Assembly (NCBI GenBank): GCA_973895155.1 | Contig: OZ316891.1 | Location: 27,627,561-27,691,560 of the forward strand | DNA: 64,000 nucleotides | Direction: 5' to 3' | Origin: Marsupella aquatica | Taxonomy: Eukaryota; Plantae; Marchantiophyta | In this document: positions 1 through 11,083 of the stretch, in pieces | How positions within the stretch are numbered: position 1 is the first letter of the stretch | Layout: the number at the start of each line of letters is the position of its first letter | Notes under the pieces: generated by a model | What the model was told of the DNA's origin: nothing | Database searches by the model: none | What the model saw: the letters and a program-made list of their open reading frames with translations, nothing else | Made by a program: the position numbers and the translations under genes

Positions 1-9
1 GTACCTACG

Positions 10-1900
10 CTGCGCAAGAAAATCTGTTTCTAGCTTAGCCTGTGAAGTATACCCATAGAAGTAGATATCTTACTGCTATAATATCTCATTTGCTACTAGC
101 TCGTGCAAAAGGATGCAAGAAAACCATTCAGCTAAGCTACTTTTAACTCAGCATGTTCTTTTTTTCTTAGTCTTACACATATGGAAGGGAATTTGGGTCC
201 AAACTATCCTCTCACACAGTCAAATCTTCAGTTTAGTGGATTGTGATACTGAAAGAGGGCAAACTCTCAACATTTCGAGGATGCGAAACTTTTTACAGTA
301 CACTAACTCGGACTGTTCCTTATCAATACATATCTATGTAATATTTAGTCTTAAGCTATTCTGTAGACAGACCACATTGAGGATACTGAAATAATTTTCA
401 TGTCTGCGATTCGCCATCCTTATTTCTGTGCCCAAAGATTTGACCGGAAAAATGAAAAAGCTCACCACTGATCAGGAAAGAGTTCAGTTTCACTTGTTCA
501 GGCTGAGATTTCACCAGACAAACTAAATTAAACGCAGTACTTATCCCCGAACATGTCACTGCAGCTCAACGGACAACATCACAATTCAATCTCCAATGGA
601 ATTTGGACTGTCAGCCTTCCCCTCTACCTGCCTACTCAGGCTTGTAATCCTCACCACGCATAGTTCAACATTCCCTCGCTGCAACGGTTGAGCTATGCAA
701 AACATAGAAGCTATAGTAATAATTCTCACATAAATATAACTAGAGGTTATAGCATTGTTTCTCACAAAAAGAACCGTGATCTATCACAGAGACACGAGGG
801 CAAGAAGCAAAAAGCAAAAGCAAGCTGAAACTCTCATTATATATATCAAACTGCAAAAGAACAATTCCAGATGGGGGCTACCAAGCACTTGCCACCAAGC
901 ACTTATCCTCGGAGCGAAAGATACGAAGCGAACACACAACAAAGATAAACGCCGAGAGATTCTCGCAGCCCACACGTCTGAGCCCGTAGACTCAAGATGG
1001 ACAGACTTATGAGCGTCAAGTAAGCCAGCAAGTACCCTTCCTAACCACCCCCGTTCATGCCACCAAAATTATTATCAAGAGTGCCCTCGACGACAATCAC
1101 AAACTAAGATCACAGCGAGAGACAAAGGCGAGCCTGCAAGGTCGACCATCGGAGGGCAGAAAGAGCTCACAGGACAAATGAATATGAGAGCATCGGACAA
1201 GAATTAACAGGAGAGCCGATGTAATGCAGGAACTACGATGAGAGAGTAAACCAATGAAAGTCGACACCATGAACCAAGTATTGAGCATACCGCTGAATTG
1301 GCCAAGCAGAATACACAGCAGGATTGCAAAGTAAGGAATAGCAGCAAGATAGACAAAAGCAACTGTAGTATAGCACCAAACGAATGACAATGAGAGAAAA
1401 AACCAACAATGCCAAAGAGTGCACGTAGCAGGAGACACGGTTTGAGCACGCAGCAATAGAACGAACTGTCGGAACGAACACATAGCCAACGATGTTCATC
1501 TACAGCCTCTGCACTCGTGGTCTAGAGGGACCGTGAAAGAGAGTTCATGGCAACAAACACACACACAGCCCAGCCCAGCCCAGCCCAGCTAACGAATGAG
1601 CTCACATCTGAATCTGATGGAGTTAAGAAAGGTGGCCTCCACGTACCCAGACTCCAGAACCTTCACCGACCTTCGACCATCCGTCTAAAGTTAGTTATTA
1701 TTCCTCCCTCAGCGACGTGGTTGCTGTAGTCATCAATAAAGTGCCAAAAGAGTCATCCGTGCTTCAAATCCTGTCAATTGGGCCCTCTCCTAATGGGATC
1801 AGTCTGTCAATAAGAGACCGTTCCATTGTCCGCTGTCCTCTAAATCCGGGCAGGCCGGCAGACGGACAGACAAGGAAGGCTGCAGCAGCTTTGGTTGCAG
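10..1900 (-). other. Possible 5' leader exon plus ~1.6-kb intron of a minus-strand gene continuing beyond the left edge
   Basis: On the minus strand a GC-richer segment (~1900-1606) ends in GAT|GTGAG (donor at 1605); a TTTTCTTGCGCAG acceptor ends at 10. No convincing coding exon within the window. Confidence 0.3.
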
Positions 1901-2292
1901 GCTGGTGGCTGTACGGGAGAGGACTGTGTGCACGGTTTTCTGCTCATCTACAAAAACAGTCATACAGTGAGTAGTAGGTTTTCCCCAGCTGGTGCTAGAC
2001 CCCTGCGCACAAAGTAAAACTCCCTTCTAAAAAGATTCAACAGTAGGGGCCTTTCCAGAGGCTTTTTGGCATGTGAAGAGTCATCAGGTCAGTTTTCAAG
2101 GTTTTTCCTTTTTCGCCAGGGTGGTGGATGTCATCTTGTGTGAAGGCAGAAGATGCTAGAAATATTCCTTATCTGATTTTCCATCTGTTTTTCTCTGATA
2201 CAGTTTTGGCTGAAAGATCGCCCTGGGTTTAATGGATAATGATTAGATTCTGGCTACTGGGGGTATGGGGGCTAGGTGGCGGAACTGGCTGA

Positions 2293-2349
2293 TTTTTTAT
2301 TTATTTTTTATTTTTATTTTTTTATTTTTATTTTTTTATTTTTATTTTT
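2293..2349. repeat. T-rich (TTTTTA)n-like low-complexity tract
   Basis: Directly visible. Confidence 0.85.
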
Positions 2350-3432
2350 GGCTGATGGAAGATTAAAAAGAAGGGTAAGGAATTTGAGGCAAAAGTGGCG
2401 AAAGACTTTTCAGAGAGGTGGAAATTTTTACACTTAAAACAAAGGTGCGTCAGTCGTTAGAGTCGAGCTACTTGACCAAGCACCTATTCCCCTCTCCCAC
2501 TGGTGCCTCACCTTAAATTGCAGGTATACCTGCCCCTCCACACACAAATTATAAGCTGTTGAATAACCTTCAGTTTATGCATCAAGCCAGGTCCTTGATG
2601 GGCCCACTGAAATGGAGTGGAGCCCTTAGATAGTAGGGATTGGGGACCACACATTTGGGGAATTGGTAGTAGCAGAGATTTGTTACAACGCATTTTTAAT
2701 CACAAGAAGCGTGAAAAGGCTATAAATATCTGCTCTTTTCCAATGCCCAAATGTGTCTGAATTGACATTTGTTGTTTGTGTGGTCCACGCTTCACCTTTT
2801 CAATCTTGATATGGCTATGAAGAAAAGGAGTTTAACAGAAAAGGGTGTACACACTGTTCTCTCTTCTGGTGCGACGATAAAATCAAACCTTCTTACATAA
2901 CAGTTCTGTAGGTCTATTTTTTTAGAACCACAGAGCTGTTGGCAAGTGTAACTCTTAAGGATCCAGACCACATGGGAATCTATCTATATAAGCCTGATGT
3001 GAACGAGGGTTTCCTTTTCTATTTGGGGCCGGTGGCAGTTATGGTGAGTTGAGAACCCTCCGTCTAGCAAATATGTTCTACTTGACTCATATGATCACAG
3101 TATGACCGCTAGATCTATGTGCGGCCAGATCTCAACCTTTCATTTTGGCAAGTAAGTCAGTGAAGCTTTTTTAAACCTTCTTTGTGTCATTTGCAAGCCC
3201 CTTCACCTGGTACCTAAATGTGCAAAAATTTGCACAGAAAGGAAAGTGATGTGAACTTACTGTTCAAGACCTCTATGCCATGACTTTGGGAACATAACTA
3301 AAGTTTGCACTGGTGCAGGTGCAAAATGGGGATTGGGGGCAGGGTGAGTCTCTTACAATAGGGCAGCATGTGATGAGACAATGCAAACTTCTCCTCACCT
3401 CTATTTACATTCAAAGATTGAGCATAGTAATA

Positions 3433-3839
3433 TCTTATCTTACTAATAAAGCGCGAACTGCAGCTTACTTTTCACAAGCTAGGGTCTAGAGTGAAGCCTC
3501 TAGACTGTAACTCTATGGTCATCATGTGCATGAGAAAAACTTATGACATGGCTATGATATATGTACATGTCAATTTTATGTGATAATTTTTAAATATTAA
3601 CATTCAAAAAATATAGGTAGTATGGCCCCACTAGAACATATGTGCATAGAACATGGATGTGCATACAGAAAGCATGATGTGCATATCAAAGAGAATGATA
3701 TATTATATATGACTATTAAAAGGATGGGTTTTTTATCATTTCATTAATCTTCAAAGAATATGAATAGAGAATATATTTTGATAATTTTTTTATTGTCCTC
3801 TCCGCTATTCACGTTCAAAGAACGGGTAGTCGAGGCTAG
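3433..3839 (+). mobile_element. Non-autonomous Helitron (~407 bp), copy 1
   Basis: 5' A|TCTTATCTTACTAATAAAG; 3' CGTTC-AAA-GAACG hairpin followed by GGTAGTCGAGG-CTAG|T; A|T target with no TSD; homologous to the copy at 55123-58436. Confidence 0.8.
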
Positions 3840-5909
3840 TGTACTATCATGACCAAGCACACCACAATATCTGGGAGAAAATGTCAAGAGGAGGAAATGT
3901 CAAAAGGAGGTCATGTCCACGGATAGCCAGGGGATGTGTACACTGTGTCCACATGTGTAGGGACAAGTCCCAAGCCTTTGATGCATCTAATCTGAAAGGG
4001 ACCAAAGCTGCAGTACAGCACCTTGTCATGTTTATTAAACTGTAGAGACCAAATGCCTCCAGCGTCCTCCCACAACATGATGTGTGAGTAGGGGGGCTTT
4101 ACAAGACTAGGAGGCTAATTTCTTTTGACTCTATGTCTCAGATGCAATCCTAGCCTTTCAAAGTGGAAAAAGGCAAAATTCACTTTACATGAATTTGGGA
4201 ATACAATCTGGCAAAACGCCACCAATTCTAGTCACTTGAGTGTGGGCCCTTTGCTGCTGATGTGGCCATGCCTTTTCATCAAAAACTTAGACCATCTCAA
4301 GAGGTTATTTATTTTCTCCATATCTGAAACATTATGGCTCAGGCATTTTTAATTTTATAGGGAATGCAATGGACCTCACCTTTGCAATTGATGATCAATG
4401 ACTATTTGTGCCTCCAAGTTTGTGATCAACTTGGCCCTTGGTTAAAAGTACTTCTCTTATTAAACCTATCCGTAAAGTACCCTAACTAAGGATGACCCGT
4501 ACGTCTTCTTGTGCAAACAACGCACAAGAAAAAAGATCATGCTCTAAAGTTTTTCATTTGCTCAAAGTTGCACAAAAGTTATGCAAAATTTTGTCCAGAC
4601 CAAAATCGGTGCTTTCAAAGTTTTGATTACTTTTCTAAATTCTGACCCAGGTTAACTAACCAATGTCAAACAGTGAGTTCAGAAGCATAGGGCTCAGACA
4701 TTTGTGCTATAGGACTCTCGTTCCCTCCCTCACTTGTTCCCCTGCATCAAGTGTGCTTGTCGTCTCATCAACTATGGAGTCGTGTCGATCAGGTAAGATG
4801 TACTTCAGAATGTTTGAATCTCGATAGGGATTGTCGTCCTACACATTAGTACTCCTCTCTGTATTAAAAGTTGGTCAGGCAGGATTAGTGATTCACTGGA
4901 TGCTCACAATACTTAGTTAGTAACCCACACAAAATACTGGTCACAGAATCTGAATAAGACAAAACATTCATGATGGTTGGATTCACCATTTAGTATTGTC
5001 TTGCTGTAGATGACTTGGTCTATTGATATCCAGGATCTTGCATTTTTTCCTCCAAAGCTAACATATTCTGGCTCAGACATTTTAACTTTAGTGTATGATA
5101 TGAAACTCACGTTTGCCACAGGTGAACAGTAAGAATCATTGTTTGTGACCCTATGTTATTTTTAAACACCCCTTAATAAGTGCAGCGTTGATAAGTCTAA
5201 TATAATCAAAGATTTTATAATTGCATTGTAGCTCCCGTGAAACTTGATTAGAACAACTACCCCAAATACTTCTGCATATGCACATGAAGACCTCCATGTA
5301 CCCAGACTCGATCCCCATGCCCATCTACTCACAAGCATATTTGTCTAAATTTTAGAAAATTTAGAAATAATGGCATACAGTTCACTTTACACAGTAGGTC
5401 AAAGATGGTACACTACAATTTATTGCAAATTTTAATGTACTAGATAGAAACCCTCTAAGCAACAAATGAATTTTCTTGATGTTGAGTGCAACATCTGGGC
5501 AAGTGAAAGTTTGTTTAGAAACTGCAATTACAATATATTCCAACCACTAAATTTGTCCTTAGTTGATGCTTCTTGGATGTACAAGCACTCCTACATTAGT
5601 GCATGGATGCATCCTCACCTTGGTTCAATTGTCACTTCAGATATAATGCAGGTGGGTGTCTGTTGTTTTGCAATGTCCATTGTAATGTTTTGACAGTGGG
5701 TCCTCAACAATATGGAGCTTTGAGTTTTTTGCAATTAGGGCCTCGTGACCTTTCTATATGTCTTTTTCGTTAAACCACTACTCTCCCTGGTCAAACCTGT
5801 AATACCTACTTTCTGAATATTATAGTTGTGACTTGGTTCAGATAGCCTTGAGTTCTTTGAACTTGCTTCCAGACATGCAGGTGGCCATCAAACTTTCTCT
5901 CAGTCAAAA

Positions 5910-6158
5910 CTTTTTCAATGTCTACTTTTTTCTGGTATTTGGCTGACACGTAGCCACAAGGTGTTTTTTGCAGCCTATTTCAACAAATAACATGGCTTTC
6001 CGGGCATTTCCCCTTATACAAAGTTTTTCACGCTGTCTTTTTCAAAGTTTACTTTTTTCTGGTATTTGGTTGACACTAGCCACAAGGTGCGTTTGCAGCC
6101 TATTTCAACAAATAACATCGCTTTGTGAGCATTTCCCCTTTTACAAAGTTTCTCACAC
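5910..6158. repeat. Tandem duplication, ~128 bp x2
   Basis: TTTTTTCTGGTATTTGG...TAGCCACAAGGTG...TTGCAGCCTATTTCAACAAATAACAT...CATTTCCCCTT occurs twice. Confidence 0.8.
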
Positions 6159-6672
6159 TGTCTCGCCTGGGATCTCGTACCCTCCCCATTTTGCAAAATT
6201 CCCCCCCAGGTTGCCCCCATATGTTTCCAGCTCACCATTTTTGGTAACTAAGTCACATTGCACCGGGTGCCAAACAAAATTAATTATGTATGTGAACCTA
6301 ATTCCAACTACAGTAATTTACATTTTTCTGGGCAGTTTCCTGAAATTGTGGGTTTATTACTGTAATTAGGATTTTTTCCTGAAAGTGAGGAGCAGATTTA
6401 CTAAAAATTGTGGTTTCACGATAATTATCACTGTGCATTAAATCTACTTCAAGTCAATGCTCTCTCATTTTTCTGGGGCCCCATACACTGCCCGTCCCAG
6501 TCCCCAATGTGTTGCCCGCTCGGGCCGGATACTTTGTGCCATCAACTTTGGGTGTATGTTCTTGCACCCCTTCACTTTTTGTTGCACGCAATACGTCTAC
6601 GGAGCTTAAGACTGGGCTTAAGACATAGTATCACTTGCAATGGGAACCACGAGTTTGCCAAAACATAAAGCA

Positions 6673-6940
6673 AGACTCTATCATTAATCATGACTCTTAA
6701 CAAAATAATAGGCTTTGCCTGAACACTTAGACTCTGTTACAAAGCAAACATGACTACATTTTGGAAAGAAGTGTTGCCAGAACTTCAACAATGATTCCAC
6801 AAGGAAGAAGTATTTGGAAAAAACATCAACCAAGACTCCGTCAATCATGACTCTGAACCAAAGTAATAGGCTCTGTTTGGACACTTAGACTCTGCTACAA
6901 AGCAGGCATGACTCCGTTGAAAAGAAGTGTTGCTAGAACA
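6673..6940. repeat. Diverged direct duplication, ~160-bp period x2
   Basis: AAGACTC...AATCATGACTCT...TAATAGGCT...ACACTTAGACTCTG.TACAAAGCA...AAGAAGTGTTGC.AGAAC occurs twice. Confidence 0.75.
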
Positions 6941-6965
6941 TTGCGTTGGCAAAACATTAGCCGAT

Positions 6966-7127
6966 TGTCAACCAAAGCTTTGACATTGACAAAAGCCAAA
7001 TACTCATAAGGGTACAAGGCAGAGGCAAGAGGAGAGGCTAGCTTTTGTCAACCAAAGCTTCAACATTGACAAAAGCCAAATACGCATAAGGTAACAAGGC
7101 AGAGTGAGGGGGAGAGGCTAGCTTGTG
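6966..7127. repeat. Tandem duplication, ~79 bp x2
   Basis: TTGTCAACCAAAGCTT..ACATTGACAAAAGCCAAATAC.CATAAGG...CAAGGCAGAG...GGAGAGGCTAGCTT occurs twice. Confidence 0.85.
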
Positions 7128-7628
7128 TATTATTGACAAAGTAAAAGTACCTCGCAATAAACCCAACCAGAGCCAATGAAGAAGAGCGGTGTGGTTAAGT
7201 GCCACCTAGCTTCAAATTGGATGGAATCGGGGGCAGCAAGTAGTGAATTAAAGGTATGCAAGTTAGTATTTTGGTTAAGAGTCATGATTGCCGGAGTCTT
7301 TGGTTTACGCTCTGGCAACCAAAAAGGTTCTAAAAACATCCAAAATTAATAGAGGTAAACAAATTTCTCATTTTTCTTAAGTATTAGGTTGCTGACTTCG
7401 AACCTTCAAAAATTTTGCACATGATGGGGGCTCCATATAGTGAGACCGGGAGTGAGACCCTCAAGTCCCGACAAGGGTCACAATTATTTCTCCGGCAATG
7501 AGACTTTAGAGTTCAAATTTATTTATCAGTTTGCAAACAATCTTAGAATGCACCCTTCCCATTGCAAGTGCTACTTATTTCTTAAGCTTCCATTGAGGTA
7601 TTGCGACAATCAAGTGAAGGGTGCCAAT

Positions 7629-7819
7629 ACATAAACCCCAACTTGATGGCACAAACCCAATTGGGCCAGAGTGAGTGACAAAAAGTTAATGTTGTCAGAA
7701 CATAAACCCAAAGTTGTTAACACAAAGTCGATCAGGCCGGTGTAGACAACAAACAGTGAAAGGATGCCAGAACAGAAACCCAAAGTTGATCACACAAAGT
7801 TAATCAGGGAAGAGTAGAC
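7629..7819. repeat. Degenerate ~70-bp tandem repeat x3, third copy interrupted by the solo LTR
   Basis: ACA(T/G)AAACCC(C)AA.TTG....CACAAA recurs at ~7629, ~7699 and ~7772. Confidence 0.6.
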
Positions 7820-8171
7820 TGTTAGGATTTACTCTCAGGTCTAGAATAACGATTGTACCGTAGTTAGGGGCTAACCTTAGTCGCAGACTAGGCTAGGTTA
7901 GTCATGTTGTGCACACTCTATACCCAAGCGGTGTTTGCTTGGAGAGTAGGAACTCAGGCTCATTGTAACGGAGCCAGTTGAGAGAATAAGGAGAGCTTGT
8001 GTTGTGGATGGATTGCTTGGTATGGCCGGTCGACCTAGAATGCAATAAAGCTCTTGTGTATTCCCGTGAATGTAGTCTCATGTGGAGGTGAACCACGTAT
8101 CTGTGTGTGTTGATACTTGTGCCTTGGATGATTCATTTGCTTGCCGTTGCGATTGTCGTCTATATTCAACA
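7820..8171 (+). mobile_element. Solo LTR (~352 bp)
   Basis: Begins TGTTAG and ends TCAACA (TGTT...AACA inverted ends); internal AATAAA; 5-bp flanks TAGAC/TAGGC (1 mismatch); no adjacent PBS or PPT. Confidence 0.7.
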
Positions 8172-10920
8172 TAGGCAGCTCATCAAGGATTGGGAAGGCC
8201 AGTGTACAAGGCCCCAAAATTAAACTAGGGGAGCACTAATTAGCAACAGGGCATGGAATAATTAACATCCTTTTCTCAAAATTGTGGTCTCACTTTAATT
8301 AGTCCTTGGACCTCCCACCCCACTACTATATATGTTGTAATGGTTTTAAGGGAGGTGCAGTACTTCATTCATGGTGAAGGGAGGTAGTACATGTTTGATT
8401 TCAATCACAAGGGGAAAAAACAAAGAGTCAAAAGCTGGAATAAGTTCCATTGTATAGATATATGTGAGCACAAAGATTGGATGTGGCCAGAATGGCACCT
8501 AAGTATGACTTGCCAAAATTTTGTAGTGACCTTATATCACTTTTTTGGTTAGAAGGTCTTAGGGTCAAATCAGAGATTTTGTCATCTTTGACGCTACTTG
8601 GCAGATTCAGCCAGGAAAAATAGGGACTCTAGGAGGAAAAGCAATAAATTAAACAAAATTTGTCATTCTCTTCTTGGCTTTGCCCCAGGATAGAGCACAC
8701 AGTGAATGGTGTTTAGGTACAGGCTCCCCGGAAGACACCACCACCCAACACTTATCCACACTGGAATATTGCACTATGCTATATAAGTGAATGGAACGTC
8801 ATTTAAGCACTCCTCCTTGTGCAATATCTAATAAGTGCATGGGAAATCACTTATGCCTTTCCCTTTGTGTTGTCGTGTCACACACATTTGATTCCTCATA
8901 CCCAAGCCCTCATATTGCACACTTCAATTGGATAAGTACATGAAATTACTTTATGTAGTTGTTTGCTGCACTTATCAACAAATGCTTCTTATGGATACAT
9001 TGCAATAATTGATAAATGCATGTGTACACTTATACACTAGTGCATTTGTTGTTTAGTGCCAATATTTTGTCCCTCCTTTAGTGAGGGTAGACCTGCACTA
9101 ATGCAAACTGCATTTTTTGGTGCATATACAAAGAAAATACTTGTACTAACATTAGGCGATGACATGGTTGGCCTGCACTAATCCACAAAATGAACCTATG
9201 CACTCTGCACTTACACAGTTCATTGTAGTGGGTACAGGTAGAATTGAAAGCATTAAAGGAGCACAGAAATGCAAAATAGATGAATTTGTGCTCTATCCTA
9301 GGCAAAATAGATATAATGAGAGTATCACAACTCTTAAACTTCATTGACTGGATTACTACCTGGACTTTTCATTTGTTGGCAGTATGATATATACTCCAGG
9401 AGTGTAGTCGCAAACACAAACCTTCCTAATACATACCACACCATGAGGACCAGGACAAGCTTATTCACACTCTGCTAAGCTGTTATGCAAGGTGTTCCAT
9501 AACAATAACCCTCCATAGCATAGTGAATGTTTGAACCCCTCCATACTGCAACAAACATCGGCTATCTAAAGGTGTCAAAAACAGAAACTGGCCGCCACTC
9601 TCTACAAGACTGCACATAATTGCAAAAAACCATCATTCAAGATTCAACCTTATAGACGCAAAGACCAGCGATATAGCATACAGCATCCCGGAACATACTT
9701 GATGTTTTGTCTTGTAGTGATATGTCAGTAGTATACACCTCCTCCTTTAGTCAAGCTGCCTTCTTTGGATATGGTGGGTGTGTGGTGTGGAGATTTCACT
9801 GGTTTAGAACGCTGAAAGTCTATAAAAACGTAGAATATTGCGCTCCCCATTTGGAGCAATCAGGGAGGAGGAACTGAAAAGAGAGATACAGTAGAATGTG
9901 GTACTGAGGTCATCGATAATAGTTTAGAAAGGAGGATGGAGCATAGGGTAGGCTGGGTTTTTAACGAGCTGTCCAATCAGAAAAACTTTCCCTTGTCACG
10001 TGGACTGCAACCCCTATTATATTTGATCTACCGTCCATACTGCCCACTCACCCAAAAGATTCTCTTGGGAGGATATCCATAACTATAGGACTAAGAGACT
10101 CAACGTTTTAGACCTTTTTAATTTCTGAGTAATAAAGAAGAGAGGTCATGGCCAAAAGGGACTATTCTATGATTCTCACTTTTGAAATGATGATGTGTAT
10201 TATTATGACTGGCTTTGGGGCGATGCTCCAAAAAGGTTGCAAACTTGCTTTGCTACTCTTCTACAGAGCAGACGAAAAAACAAAGAAAAAAGGGGGAAAA
10301 AAGGAAGAAGTGGGAAAATGAACCTGAAGAAAAACTGAAGGATAACAACATGACTTTTTGTCGCTTGAGTAGTTTTCACGTGGAACTGAATTCAACTCTA
10401 CCATCTGACCGAACAACTGACCGAACAACTGACCGACTGCCCGCAAAGGCGCAAAGGATATTCGCGGTTCAGCAAAGGGTCTGCCCGCGGGCCCGCCGGT
10501 AGCCCCCAGATCGGACAGCTCTCATCTGCCCACGAAAGCTAGGTCAGTGCATCTACCGTCCAGCCTGTCGTGACCCACCTACCCATCGGGCATTTTTTTC
10601 ATCTTTTCCTTCTGCCCAGAGCCCAAGCGTGCGGAAAGGCTTTTCGTTCAGTCTGGCAGCTCGCCTGCCTGCCCGTCGCTCCTCCTGCCCGGCGGCCCGC
10701 TGCCCGTCGCTAGTCCACCGGGCTCCACGGCCTCTACTGCATCACCAGAGAAAAGGTAATTTTTCTTAGTTTATAGCATTTCATTTTAAAACTAAAATAG
10801 GTACATAAGAGCGTTCCCACCCATATGAGCCCTACCAAGCTGTGAGTAGGCCGATGAGCACTCTCCCGCCCTGGTAAAAACTGGGCAGGTAAGGTTATCC
10901 CCTTATAGCACTAAAATGTG

Positions 10921-11083
10921 GAGGGATTTGTTTGATGGGACCCCAAAATGAAATGCGTTACTTAATAGGACCCCTGAGTGATCTACACCATTGATATACC
11001 TTGAATCAATATACCCAAAATTTCAGGGGTCCTAACATATAACACATTTCCATTTGGGGTCCTATATATCAAGCAAATTGCTC
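10921..11083. mobile_element. Mutator-like MITE (163 bp)
   Basis: Long imperfect TIRs (GAGGGATTTGTTTGAT..GGACCCCAAAATGAAATGCGTTA..TAGGACCCCTGA and its reverse complement at 11023-11083), flanked by the exact 10-bp direct repeat CTAAAATGTG (10911-10920, 11084-11093). Confidence 0.8.

Noticed and set aside
4485-4531. Hairpin TTCTTGTGC..GCACAAGAA as a terminator or Helitron 3' end
   Set aside because: Intrinsic terminators are irrelevant here; the minus-strand end is CTTAG rather than CTRR at the expected place and no 5' end was found.
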